From Balanoglossus misakiensis (lineage: Eukaryota; Animalia; Hemichordata), in assembly GCA_040954595.2 (NCBI GenBank), contig CM082591.2:4991009-5055008 (forward strand): a DNA stretch of 64,000 bases, given 5' to 3'. The notes beneath the pieces are model-generated. The model saw nothing but the letters and a program-made list of their open reading frames with translations. It did not search any database and was not told the origin of the DNA. The position numbers and the translations under genes were made by a program. Positions 38,978 through 52,469 of this stretch are shown here, in pieces (the stretch's first letter is position 1; every line of letters begins with the position of its first letter).

Positions 38978-41900
38978 AAATGATTTTTCCCGACTATTCC
39001 TGAAAAAGTGACGTTTTTTTTCAAATATCTCTAAGTAAGCTGCCTACACAAAAATTGATATCGCGCAAAACTATACATTTTGACATAGATGGAACTTGAG
39101 ATCGTTGAAGGGATTTACGTCTTTGCAATTTTGTATCAGTTCTCCACTTTTGGTTGCTTATTTCTGTTGTGTTACAATCATGTGTTATCAATAACTCAGT
39201 AGAGCCCTATGGGAGTTAACATAGGCTGGAAATACTCCGAGTCCATGAATCTAGTTTGGCATCGCCCATTAAGGAACTTTTATTGAGAGACAGACAACCA
39301 AGATGATGTTAGGAGTTTAGCCAGAACTGCTTCTCAAGTCTAATCATACAGCGATTCACAACCAAAATACTTCACTACAATTTGCATCGCCGAAATATAA
39401 CACTGCTGATATGTATCGTCTTAGAATAAAACGCTGAGGTGTTACAATACAATAAGGTATAAATGTTGCGTTCACATAGAAATTTTTGTCAATGTCACTT
39501 TGAGCCATCTCACAAGCACTATCACTATGCATTGTACTATACTTTGTATATCCGTAGTTCCACGTTAGTTTTCGTCTCATATGAAATGTTGACAACCCTT
39601 ACATGTAGTATAAAAATGGCCAGAATCGGAAATTTAACAAGTTTGAACATTCCGATTAGGTGTATACTGTCTTAAATTGGACAGTCACTTCGATTTGTTG
39701 AAGTTGTCATTGCGCTAGCGAAAGAATACATAATCGTTGCCTTGAGCTTGTTATATTGCGAACGGTACACCGGCCTAGCATTACAGAATTTGATTTCAAC
39801 GACGGCACTAGGGGAGGTGTTAAATCCGTCAGCATATTGAAGCACGCTCTTTATATTGTCAAAAAATGACGCCATTTGCAGTCAATAAGCGCCAACCATA
39901 TATACACATGTCCACGAGACAATTAATAGGCATCAAACACTTTTCCTCGGACATTTGGAGGGAAATTGATCATTAGTCTCATTTGTCTGCGAGGATTAAA
40001 TGTGTAAATACCGACGTTATCTGGTTGTCGTTCGACGCTAGACGTGTAATCCTGTCATGGACGTGTCGTGCATTGGAAACACGCGGCAACGACTAATAGT
40101 TTGCGCGCCAAAACTTGACACGTGCTCTATACACTATCGCTTCATTTTTGGGCGCGCAAATATGCCCAGATCGCAAACGACTCATATAGGCTTATTTTTC
40201 ATTTACAATGTAAATTTTAACCGTGACAATAAAAAATCGTTATACGGAACAAACAACGTTAAATCTTAAAGGTGACTTTGGTAATAATGGGCCGATCCCA
40301 TGGCCCTGCTTATACTTGACAGGTAATACAATTACAATGCTGACTATATACGTATAGGTTGTGTTAAGCTGGCTACTGAACATTTCACCAGCCTTCAGGG
40401 ATTTGAACAAGAAACTACTGTAGATACACAAATATTGAAAACTTAACAAAAAAGTTAAAGCTAATGGAGCTTTAACACAAATAGCTATGTGTAAGTCGTG
40501 GGACACTCGGCAGTAGGCGTTTGTTAGTTCTACTGCACTGCCAATGGCGGATGGCAGAGTTGCCTACAGAGGCACATGTTCTTTAAGGGACTGACACAGT
40601 CACCCAGAGCTTGGGTTAATCCGTCCTGTGTAATGCATTATTCACGCCCTAATTTGTACACATTTTCATCCACTTTGGAGGGTCAGCATCGCAGCGAAAG
40701 CGTTCCCCCTTGCGGCACAACATGTGCTGTTTGCGGGGCGTTGAAGCTGTCGCCGAAAGAAAACGCTACCTACAGTACGCTATCACACTGAAAACTGATC
40801 AACCATTGTTTTCAAGTTCCCGGCTACGGTTTAAAACCGCGTCGTTTCAAAGTTAAAGTATACCGTTCTCTGTAGGGAAAGCTTAATGTAGATTTTCACT
40901 AGAAATGTCAGAGGTGAACTCATTCAGATGATAATATTGCAGAGTAGTTCTTCTATGAAATTAAGCTATCTTTTTATTAATCAATTGCAGCTGTCAATTA
41001 CGGTTAGTTTAATATTAAATGTGCTTTCTTGCTGCAGTTGTTCGCCAGGCCAGCGTGGCTGAACGCCATAGCTACCTGTAGCTTGCCTGGTATGATTTGA
41101 GCGCGGCTTGGCTTCGACGCCGTTGTCTTCCCAATTACGGGGCTTGCATTCTCACCCGACAGCCTAGTCGGCATTCCGTAATGACGCCGGGAAGAGCGGT
41201 GTGGAATCGGTAGCTTCCTGCTCACTCCACGACAGCGACCAATTACGGCGGATAATGTGGTAGTTAGCGTATCATATCCGAAAGATAAAAGCTGGCCAAT
41301 TCTACGCTGCAATCTGCGCGTCAGAATCGATGACGGAGCGGTGCTCGTTCATTCGCAGCCGACGACCCGCGTGAATCAGTGTGCACCGAACGTGGGAAAT
41401 ATAAATTGTGCTTGCTTGTAGAAAATTCCGTTTTTTTTTTCATGGGAACGCCTGTAAATTGCCTCGACGGCAGCTGCGCAGCTGCACATCACAAATCGCA
41501 CAAACACAACGATTTGAACGTGTGGCCAGATTTAACACGTGGGCAAGATAAAAGCTAACGAGAAAATGTCACAATTTGTCCTTATTAAATTATGCACTGT
41601 AAAATAGCGCAATTTGCGAGATTTGTTTTAAATGAATCTAATTGGTTCCCGGAGATAATTCACTTTTACGCTGTTTGATGAGACAAAATGAGATAAGCCG
41701 ACGGACTTAGAGGCAGGGCTCGTATTTCGGTATTAACACACGTCGGCGGAATTTAATGCATGGTTGTTTGCTGTGAGACACACCGGATTTGACGTCATTC
41801 TATGGTCTTTTCCGGTCACACCTTTTTAAAGGCAGTTCATAAAAATTCTAATATACAAAATGTGTGCCTGCGAATAAGGATCGTTGCACGACCGACGTTT

Positions 41901-43230
41901 TGTGCGCGCTTGTAACTTTGGTAACCAGTCTGAAGTAACAACATCCTAGCCTTCATTCAAAGTTTAGGCCTATAAGCTTACGTAGGACGTTCGAGCTTAC
42001 TTAGCCTATCTCCTTCAAAACACATGTCAGCTGGGTACTTCACTAAGTTAATGGATAACACGTATTTCAAAGTATACACCCTTTGAGAAGTTCAAGGGAT
42101 ATATAATACATGTGTTAATATTCTGAACATAGCCTATGAGTGAAAAATCAGCATTGTTATTATTTGAAAATTGTATTTAAGTTCGGACTAGAAATCCTTT
42201 GTAAACGTTAACAATAGTTTAAGGTGTCTTCACACTGCTACAATGTATAACATTGCAAACAATGTTACTGCACTGTATGTTATAGCAACCAATGGGTTGC
42301 TTACTTTTTATCACATATCCAGTTCACTATGATATAACTGTGTGTTTATAAACAGAAAAGTCGCGCATGTGCAGTTCGGACGGCCCTCCGCTTTAAAGTT
42401 GGCAGACATTTGAATGTCACAGATAAAGCTGTTTTTTCGAACAGCTCGTCTTCGCGATTGCCTCTCCTCAGAAAAGCAAGCGAGACATTCGACGAAACCT
42501 CAAAAGGCAGCGAAGAATGGAAATGATGAACGACATGACAGCTACAAGTATGCAGACGCTCTCTTGTAGACAATCAAACAAACAAACAGGCAATTAAAAT
42601 ATCTCCTAATGACATCTGGCTAACACACACACACACGGAAGCGATCCGAACCACACGGAAGAACGCCAAATGCGAACGACGGAACCTGCTTTGCAAACAG
42701 CTGCACGTCTCTTCAGCCCCTCCGGTGACTTACAAGGATCGCTGCATATGCATAGCCGATATCCCTCAGTTTAAATATTGACAAAGCTTAGGCAAAACAC
42801 GCGAAAAGGAAAAAAAACTATGGTTATGCTTCATGGCGGTACACACACACGTAGCCACGTGATGCTAGTCACTCGCATCTGTGTTTCAATCGCTTGGAGA
42901 AAGACACGAGTGATCAGTGATGAAGGCTTTGCTTTGAGTAGCAATGTGAACTCAGGGATGATTTCAACTAATGGACTTTTATGTGTTGAGGATTAACACT
43001 ACACAAGTGGTCAGTCTCTTCACAATGATGGCTTCGTATACATGAGGAAATGCATAAATATTTCCTATGTTTTCAAATGAGGCTAATTATATTAACTACA
43101 CAAACTCATAAAAGCGAAAAATGACGTCGTTTTGTTTTTGTACAAAATTTAATGCAATATTTTTTCAGCACGCCTTGCACTCTTATATGACTCCACAGGC
43201 TAAAGATGAGCTTTACGCCAAAATGCTATT

Positions 43231-43257
43231 ATGCAAATGTGGTAAAGCTTGACGTCA
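43231..43257. promoter_or_regulatory. Adjacent octamer (POU) and CRE sites ~250 bp upstream of the precursor 2 signal-peptide exon
   Basis: ATGCAAAT at 43231-43238 and TGACGTCA at 43250-43257. Confidence 0.35.
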
Positions 43258-43507
43258 CACAATATAGAGTGTCGAAAAATTATCGACTTCAAGTTTTATC
43301 CTATCCACATTTTCGTATTTTTTATTCTTCCAACGAGCAATTTTTATTAAAACATGCATGCAGTCTGGAAAACTACAAGCATATATTTGACATTTCTCGC
43401 GATGTGTGTAGGCCCCAACTAAGACCTGCACGTGGTGTCGTGTGGCGATTTATGTACAAAAAGGAATTTAACACATTATTCTCTTTATATATCGTTACAG
43501 GACAAAA

Positions 43508-43589
43508 ATGAACCCACTGATAACTTGTACGGCACTTGTTGCACTTTTGTGCGCGCAAATTCTCGTAGCTGAATCACAAGGCGACTCAG
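43508..43589 (+). CDS. Precursor 2 signal-peptide exon
   Basis: Acceptor ctctttatatatcgttacag ending at 43500, AAAATG start, hydrophobic core TALVALLCAQILV, cleavage-like AES|Q, donor at 43590. Confidence 0.85.
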
Positions 43590-44811
43590 GTAAGGAATTT
43601 AATGACAATCTTTGTATCTTACATTGCTATTATGAAATAAATTATCTCAATGAGCTCTAACATCATAAAGAAAAAAAAATGAAACAGTAAAAAGTTAAAC
43701 AAAAGATAAAAACGTGGCTAAAATGGATCAACAAACAGACATATATGGCCCCCATATTGCTATCTGTAAAGCCACAATCGAACATGCGTTCTTCCCATTA
43801 TAACTGACCTGATATTTTTCACTTAAAACAGGCAAATATTTTCTTTCAATTCACTTACTAAATAAGAGACGTATTCTTTATCTAATAGATTTTTTCTGTC
43901 AAAACGCTTGCCCTTTGTTATTGTAACGAGAACGGAAGTGACATCTTGTGATTATCCACCCACCCACCCCCTTTCATGGGTTCATGTAAATGTGATCTCC
44001 TTTTCACCTTGACAGCGGATTTCGCCATTAAGTCTGAGTGGCACTTGGCTCGCTGCTCCACTTTTGGAAACAACACCTCGGAGGCCATTACTCAGAAACA
44101 AAATGCGTGCATTTTCTTTCTCCTGTGACAGGGCACTACACGATTAAATGTTTTAGGTGATTCCTATGATTAAGGTTGAAGTCACCTATAAGATTAAGCA
44201 TTTCCTAGGATTTTGCCAAAGGCAAATTTAGATCAATCTATCTTAAAATTGGGAATAAAAATGGGGGTAACACTGTAAAATGTTGAATAAGAGAGCGAAA
44301 TTGTCTCAGATTTCATATTCAAAATGGCCGTTAACTCATTCGTCAACATCTTATTGCTGTGGTCGTCACTATCGGACATAGGGCTTAGGGATCAAACCAC
44401 ATTTTATACGTTATGATTTGATTTTTTTAATTTTCACTTTTTCCTCAATCTCAAGGTTACACATTTCCAGACGACAGCAAAGTTGGCCTCAACGAATTCG
44501 AAGGAGAAGACGAGGTCAATCTGAGGCAGCTAGCAGACTACATAATGTGCAAACTTTTGCGGCAGGACGACTGCGAAGAGGAAACATACGACACGGAGTA
44601 CGAGAAACGAGGGAAGGGTAAACTAGGTCTCATGTTCGGCAGGAGAGCGGCAGATCTGGCCAAGAGGGGCAACGTCAGGCGAAAGGTTGGTAACCGACGA
44701 CGACCGAACAACGCCAATCGCAACCAACACGGCATTGACCGCGATACCTACTGGCACGCTCTCTCGCACATCCCAGTCGGAAAAAGAAGTCACCAGACAT
44801 CGCAAGAATAG
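43508..44811 (+). CDS. Neuropeptide precursor 2 (145 aa, 2 coding exons), kisspeptin/SALMFamide-like, two amidated peptides
   Basis: join(43508..43589,44456..44811), phase-1 intron CAG|GTAAGG...ttttcctcaatctcaag|. Protein: MNPLITCTALVALLCAQILVAES-QGDSGYTFPDDSKVGLNEFEGEDEVNLRQLADYIMCKLLRQDDCEEETYDTEYE-KR-GKGKLGLMF-GRR-AADLA-KR-GNVRRKVGNRRRPNNANRNQHGIDRDTYWHALSHIPV-GKR-SHQTSQE*. Confidence 0.88.
44456..44811 (+). CDS. Precursor 2 peptide-encoding exon
   Basis: Long polypyrimidine tract before the acceptor, GC-richer coding composition, acidic spacer, KR/GRR/KR/GKR processing sites. An in-phase alternative acceptor lies at 44470. Confidence 0.88.
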
Positions 44812-47099
44812 TCAAATTTGCCACACACAAAAAAAAACGTTTCTAACTTCCCCGAGTGCAATACTAATTCTCTAACAAAATGGCCGACTTGACCAGACAA
44901 AAAGCCCGCCGACCAAAACCGACCAGAACGAGTGACAGTTAAAAAAACACCACTTGGCCATTTTATTGACTTTACTAAGCGGTAGGCAATGAGAAAAATG
45001 ATTAAAAAAAGATGATGAACTTCATGCCGCTACAGAAGACAATAATACTGCGCATATATCTCAAGTCAAACAAAAATGTATAGTTTTTATCCTTAATTTC
45101 ATTATGACACAGGTAGGCTGATTGAAATGAGTTATGAAACAACCAGGCGTTACCAGAAAAGCGCTTTGCAAGCGTTTGATTTAATCTTTCTACTAGTCCG
45201 TTTGTTTCAGGACTTTCGGATCACGGCTACCTTCAATAGGTTTTGAGTTGTGCTGGCGGGTCAAATCACATTATAATAATATTATCAAACACGTGTATAC
45301 TTTAATTTAAATGAAGGCAAAAAAGATGGTCCAATAGCAAATTCTTGCTGCCTTAAGTAGGTTTTTACTCCGTCCTATCACATGATAATAATTGCATGTT
45401 GCCTGTACTACATGATTGTTCTCTGTCTATACCTTTGCCTTTGTTTTATCACAGAAAACTCGATAAATATTTCCACATTTTGACATTTTTCTGCTACCAA
45501 ATTTCAGTATAACCTATACTGTAACATTTAGCTTCCGAATTCCTATTTACTGAACGTGGCAGAAATCCGCCATCTTGAAATGCTGTCGACCACATGGGAT
45601 TTTATCACTAACCTAGGTAGCAAAATCCTATTTAAGGTGGCGAGAATTATGCCCAACTCTGATGACGTTCATCAGTATACGTTCCACCAGTCTGCTAGAA
45701 GGTCATTCACAGTTGATTTTTCATAGATATTCTCGGCAAGTTAATTAACGTTACTAACATATAATTTTTTTTCTTAAGATTTTGTGCATGTACGCATTTT
45801 CTTTTTTTGCTTTTAACCGCTTTACTAAGAACGACAAGAAACTGCACGCAGATTTACTTCTCCGACGGGAGTTATTTTGCTGGAAATTGTATTATTTTAC
45901 AAAGCATGCCTCAGTAGTGACATTTTTTCACTTAGATTAAAGAATTCCAACTTTATTGTGAGAATATATGATTGGTATTAAACTTGGGTTGATGACTATA
46001 ACACATTTTTTGTGCTTTGCTTACTTTTTTATACTAACAACGCAAACGCTATTTACTCTGTTCGCATGATAACAACTAACATATCTCCTGGCCAATGAGA
46101 GCCGGGAGCGGCAGAACAGGTAACCCCTTTATTTTCCCCAATACTGTGTTTTCTGAATGTAACTAACATCTTTTTTGTGTTAACAATGTGTGTTGTCAAA
46201 TGTTTTGTTCGTTTATCACGTTATCCTGTCACAAAGCACGGCTTATATACGTGTCACTTGTATTTGCTTTGACGAGAATGATACGCAGAAGTCTTATCTC
46301 CATTTCCACGACGCAATGAGCGCCATTGCAGGCGACAACTTAATACGATATACATGTATTACCCAATACACCCCAAAGCTCTACATTCCTGTTGTTAGTA
46401 CATTACCCATCGCGGATATATATTACAATCTGTATCACTGATAAATGTCTATTTAGAAAATCCGTCAATTTAAAATAATTTCGGGAACAGAATACCTGCC
46501 TTACATGTATGTTATTGTGCTGTAACATTACATTAAGCTGTGTCCAATTGACGAATATACTGTCATTTTTAGTCCCTCTTATTTTGTGTATCACTTTGTA
46601 AACGTCTCACTAATGCAGTGTCCTTTTGCACTTACAGCAACGCTAATTTATCTCGTTTTTCTTCGTTTCAGAGCTTTGTATAAAAATGTGCACCACCGGA
46701 AACCCAACATCTCGCCTTCACGTCAGTACTTCGTATCTGCTGCCACCAGAGTTAAAGACGTCCACGATTTCTTCCGTTTGTGACTGAATATCCCGAGAGC
46801 CAACAGCCCCATCACAGTCAAAATCCTCTTTCCCATTCATGTTTTTGTCGTTACATTTTGATGAATTTCATTCAGTTTTGGGTGAGACATACACCTCCAA
46901 CTAAAACATTTGTAAAAATCAAGAGGGTATGTCAAGTAAATATTTTACTGGAAATACACATTCATTCATATCACTTTGATAGAATTTCTTTGCTGCTGTA
47001 GTGATTAAGAAAATATATTGATACAGTAACTGATATCATGCGTCTTCTGTTTTTTTTTATGGGGTCACATAGGGACCATTAAGACGTTTCTGAACCGTC

Positions 47100-47350
47100 T
47101 CATATGAAATACTGGCGTAAATTATTAGTGAACGGTTTAAGTGGTCCTGAAACGTCTCAGAGCAGAGCCGGTGTAAGGATTAACACCTCTCTGCAACCTA
47201 TTTTCTATGGGGCCGAGCCTCGATCAGCGCCTGCCTACACATAAATGTTGTGTGTGTGGACACAAGCGGCTCAAAGGATTAATTCTCTGTGTGGTTAAGG
47301 CAAATAGTGTCTCTGAAACGTTTCGAATTATTAACAGCGTGACCGTGGTA
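47100..47350 (+). mobile_element. Possible SINE remnant
   Basis: GC-richer island (GGGCCGAGCCTCGATCAGC...GCGGCTCAAAGGA...GTCTCTG) resembling deuterostome SINE bodies. Recognition only. Confidence 0.25.
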
Positions 47351-50300
47351 TTTATTTTTTATCCAGAATTGGCCTAAATTTGTTTGGGTTCAAGTGCCAT
47401 TCATTCTCAGGAAGTCTCAAACAAAAGCAATAATAAGAGAGATTGAGAAACACGCCCCCGAACAATCACGACCTCAGTTTCTGTGAACTTTCGTAATGTT
47501 TATTATGTCACGCTTTGCCTTGGTGCAATCTTAATCTCTCTAATACAAGAAAAATGTTGAAGATTTGGAGATTGCATTGATGCTTAGGTTACAGAACTAC
47601 TGTTGCGACTATGTCACTGTTGTACCATCTGGTAGAACAACCCTCGCGGTTATTGGTTAAAGAGACATCAGCAATTCCCCGTTGGGGATTTTCTTGGCGA
47701 ATATGAAACAGTGTCCAAATCAGGAGTTAAAAAAGAACTGCAAGTCATTATCGACGATTTGAACAGCCATCAACCGGAAACTTTTTAGAAGATCTTTCTT
47801 GTTCCACCATAAAAGAAACGTCAGTTTCATATTACATGTAGTTTTCTATGGGAATTCCTGGTGGGACTAACTGATATTGCTATAAGAATTCCTGGTGATA
47901 CTAATTGTACAGTAAACTATACCCCAATTCTTCACTTATATATTCCCGACGAAATATGGTTTGATGAAAACCTAGTTACACAGGTGGAAGCGTTGACAAC
48001 AGTAAAAATGTAGACTTGGCGTTAAGATACATGCGATGATGAAATATCCACCAGAAATATATAGAAAAAATAACACATTGCAATGAAGTTCTTTTGATGC
48101 AAATTTGGATATTGAACCTGACTGATTCTGTCAACTTTCTACCAGACTGCATTGCAAAACCGATAATACGAGTTATCAATTTCTGACCTGCTTGCAGTGA
48201 CTTCTCACTCTTATGTTCATAATGTGTGAAAGAGCATTCATTGCATTTCTTAGAATTGTAAGCGACACAAGTATCTGCGATAAAGTTGCAAGGTCACTCA
48301 AAAGAACTACTTGAATCTATGTTTCAAGAGCTGATATGGCAATTATATGCCGATGAATAAGTACATGTATATGCTAACTATACATCAGCCAAGTGATCTC
48401 GAATACAGTGCAATTAGTATAGAGAGTGTTGACCATAACGGCTTCTGACATATAGCGGTGCCTCGCATTGGGCCTGGCTTCCTCGCACATTCAGAAACGC
48501 ATGATTTCACTGCTTCATTAAGAAGTTCATCGCTATCATGCCGCGAGTGTATTGCACATCTACGTTATACATGTTACTCGTAATTTCTTTTTCAACTATG
48601 TCAGGTTTAGATTGATATACATGGGTATCACTCACTGAGTCACTGTTAATAAAGAGATCGCATCTGAACAGAAACTCACATTAGAATGAAGTATGATCTT
48701 AATAATATTAAGTAAGCAACACCTACTATCTACATCAGGGTATAGAACAATAAATCAAACCTGATACACGGAACGAAAATACCCACAATATAGTCAAATT
48801 CACTCTAATAACCCTTTAAAAGACGTTCTTACTAATTGAAAATCACATTTACTAATGAAAATGCGAGAATTTGGCACGAGGCAATGTTGGTATAATTGAA
48901 TGTTATGTACCTTGTCAAGTGTGCCAACAGTCATTATTTTAACAATCAGCCTCGCAAATCAGCTTATAACATCGGCGGCTAAATTAATTCGACAAATAGA
49001 ACGATAATGCTGAAATTACATTTTGTTATATCCTGTGGGATATGTTTACACAATCGACCTGGGAAACCTATTACAGGTTTTAGTGCTAGTTCATAAGTAT
49101 TGACGCCATTAACCTTTTATACAATCGTTTATCGCATTTACCCTGAATTGCCATTTTCAAGGGGTATAATCATCCACTGTTTGACATTATTGGCTTTAGG
49201 TTAGTTTTCCTTGATAGTAGGTTATTTTTATTGCGCTGGTCCCTGACACAATGACATAACGACCGGTTGCCTACCCTGCACATTGACTTCAGACAGAAAT
49301 ACCTGCATTTAATGTTTAGTCAATTCCAACATTTTCGCCGTATAGTATTTACGTACTATGTCTATCATAGATGGTGTAACAATTATTCATTGAGGATATT
49401 ATAATGACCAGAACAGCATAAATACATTATTAAAATAAACTACGATATCAACAATAATGTTCAAAGAGAATGGATTTGCCTCATGATGATGGTGATGATG
49501 ATATTCAACATTTAATACTTAAATTGGTCCAGATGTTCCATCTGTTCTGAATGAATTAAGCATAACACGTGGACAGCGTTCTTGAAGGATCAGGGGTTGC
49601 TTAAGTAGGTCTCATTCGTTACAGTGAGAAGTGCTATCAAGTCAAGGCGTAAAGGCTGCACAGTTCAAACAAAATCGGTTTATTTTTTCAATGCCAAAGT
49701 TAAATAAGTCAGTGTCCGCGTGTGTCCCCAAAACGACTAAAATGGTATCTTGTTTAACCGGTAGAATTCAGAGATTATGTGAGAATTACATTTGTTCAAG
49801 TCTATAAATCACAAATCATTCTCTTTGAAAATTATTGTTGCATTCAGACGAGTTGGTCGAGCAATGCAATTAAACATAGTTTACAGAATGCGGAATGTGT
49901 ACAGTTTGAAGTGGAGCGAGATAGCTTTAGCAGGTGCACATATACAAGTACTGCGTGGTTGATTTTCAGTGGATGTGCGCCATCACGTTCTGGAATATGA
50001 AGTTAACGTTTGGAAAAAGTTTTCAGAGTACTAGATGTGTCGTTAGTGGCGCACTATATAACAGGCTGAAGTTTCGCAATAACTTTGGGTGTGGCGATGC
50101 TCAGATCTGCCTGCGCACGGGCGATACTTCGGCAAATCCGGCGCCCATGTATGATGTTAGCTTTGCCATGTTTTGATCGCGTGGATTCTGCACCTATAAG
50201 TTCGCTGTCTTAATTACCGCTATTCGCCATATGGTGTATCTCGGTCAACACTGAGCTGAGCCTCAAGACAAGAAGTGGCGCGACGGATTAATCCTGCTGG

Positions 50301-51419
50301 GGACATGGCAGTTGAACCGCAGGTATGGATTATACTATTTCTTTCTCGGTTTGTTGTTATTGTACTTATAAAACTAATTACATTTCACTGGTAAGGGTTA
50401 TGGAATATATGGCCCACGCGAATGGGGTTGTACGAAGTTCACTTCCTTCAGGATACGTCCATGGATCAACGGTAGTACATGTACACGATTCGTGCAACCA
50501 TGCCTATTGAATTCTTAGTTTGTCGTATACGTGGAAACATAAAAACATCACATTTGAGTCAATTTGAAAGCTAATCTCCCCCCCCCCCTGATATGTCTGG
50601 CAAAAGTTTTGTTTCCATATTTTCACATCCCTCATAGTTGAGACACATGCATGACAAAGTGACCCTCCTCGAAATTGCACTGGTACCCTACTGTCAAGAT
50701 CCTTACTTCAAACTCCAACGAACATTCGTTTATATTATCCCTGCTCATATCCAAAAGACAGACGTTTCCTTAATTTTCCCGACAGACGACAGTTTAGCGG
50801 ATCATGTTTCATACAGTTGATTTGGGACCCTATTTGAACCAGTTGAAAATAATTGCACAGTACCTCATGGCAACTGTATGAGGAATGAATGATGCAATTA
50901 AATAACCGTGGGCGCCCAACTGCACATAGCTAAAAGATCAAGTATGTTGACAAGGCAGCGAAAGCATTGATGTCATTTGAGTGACCTAACCCGAGAAGGG
51001 CTACAATATCTAACAACAGAGGTCAGTCATGATTAAATAAAACACTTTTATTTCTGCCTGTCTTCATTAGCATTCTTCCGTTTGTTTTCGTGGCCAGGCA
51101 CAGGTTACATCACTCAACCACTTAACACTTAAATGTGATGATGCTTTTAGCCATTTTGTGAGCAGCAGAAGCTGCTAGTTTGCATAATTTGCCGTTTCCC
51201 GCTGAGACATGGTTTGCATAGATTCCGTTTATTGAATGCAACGCAGTGCTTGCATATACTGTAGTCACCCACGACGAACGATGTAGCTGCATTGCTACGT
51301 ATTGTGTGGTCTGGCGGTTTTAAAAACCTGATCATGATTATGTTTTCACCTATTTACTTTCTAACTGCTGGGGGAAATTTAGTTATTTTTTTAATCTCGA
51401 GTCTATTCACACCTTTAAC

Positions 51420-51690
51420 TCAAAATGGCCATGTACCGGAGGCGATATCACTGTCATTTCATTTCATTTTGTTTTTGTCATTCTATCCGCCATTCCACTT
51501 ACAGCAAGTGGTACTAATCACTCTTGTGTGAGGGGGGCGATTAAAGTGCCTTGCCTCAAGGGCACATCACCGCGGCGGAATACGGTTCACGCAGTCGTCA
51601 TATAGTAAGAGTGCTATCGATAATACCTACTTGAACCAGGACGTTTCCTACACTCCAGAGCAAAATATTGAAGCCTAAACCACTTCCTGC
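51420..51690 (-). mobile_element. tRNA-derived SINE remnant
   Basis: AAGTGCCTTGCCTCAAGGGCACA at ~51544 is the reverse complement of a GTGCCCTTGAG.CAAGGCACTT-type core common to metazoan tRNA-SINEs. Confidence 0.45.
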
Positions 51691-52031
51691 ACCTCGTCAC
51701 GTTCGTTTCAATACCAATGCAAACATATCCGAACTTAACAGCGATTTTCAAATAGTCTAACTGTTTTCAAGGATTTACTCAAATGTTGTGCGACATTCAT
51801 TTCACCTGGGAATATGATTGCAGCTATAGGGGTTTGAACAGTTTTCATCAATTTGTGCTTAAATTGGGTATGTCTGCCTTGTAGCTACTTTGAGGAAAGT
51901 TTTACCTTCAAAAATCACGCGAAATATGAAACAGCGCCTTGGAGTAACCCGAAGGGAAACGTGCGCACTAACAATGCGCTGACGATGGACACTTTTCTGT
52001 AAATGCGAAACTGTCGTACACGCGTTCACGC

Positions 52032-52469
52032 AAAAATAATTGATATGATATTCAAAAGCAAGTAAGCAACCGACACTGTACAAAACCTCGGTCATACACT
52101 GGGGTCTATGGCCATATCTAAAATATAGAGCTATACAAACACACACGCAAATGCTGCAGGATACTGACGACATAATTTCAGTAAGTTAATGGTCAAGTCT
52201 GTTATATATCTAACGAATACTGGACAACAATACAAAAAATAATTGATATGATATTCAAAAGCAAGCAAACAAACCAACACCGTACAAACCATCGGCCATA
52301 CCTACAATGTAGACCTAAACACACACGTACATGCCACACGTTACTGGCGACAACAGTAAGTTAATGGTCTAGTTCAAAATCTGGAGAGAGAGAAAAAGGT
52401 TTCCATACGGCCACAGTGTGTGACGGGAATATGTCAAGCCTGTTATAGATATCACGAATACTGGACAAC
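52032..52469. repeat. Diverged tandem duplication, ~200 bp unit with an insertion in copy 2
   Basis: AAAAATAATTGATATGATATTCAAAAGCAAG, CAGTAAGTTAATGGTC and ACGAATACTGGACAAC each occur twice in the same order. Confidence 0.85.

Noticed and set aside
839-43501. Similar ~4.5-kb spacing of three donor-to-signal-exon pairs (839->5312, 19107->23551, 38972->43501)
   Set aside because: No sequence similarity among the intervals, and the 19107 donor has a strong acceptor 150 nt away. Treated as coincidence.
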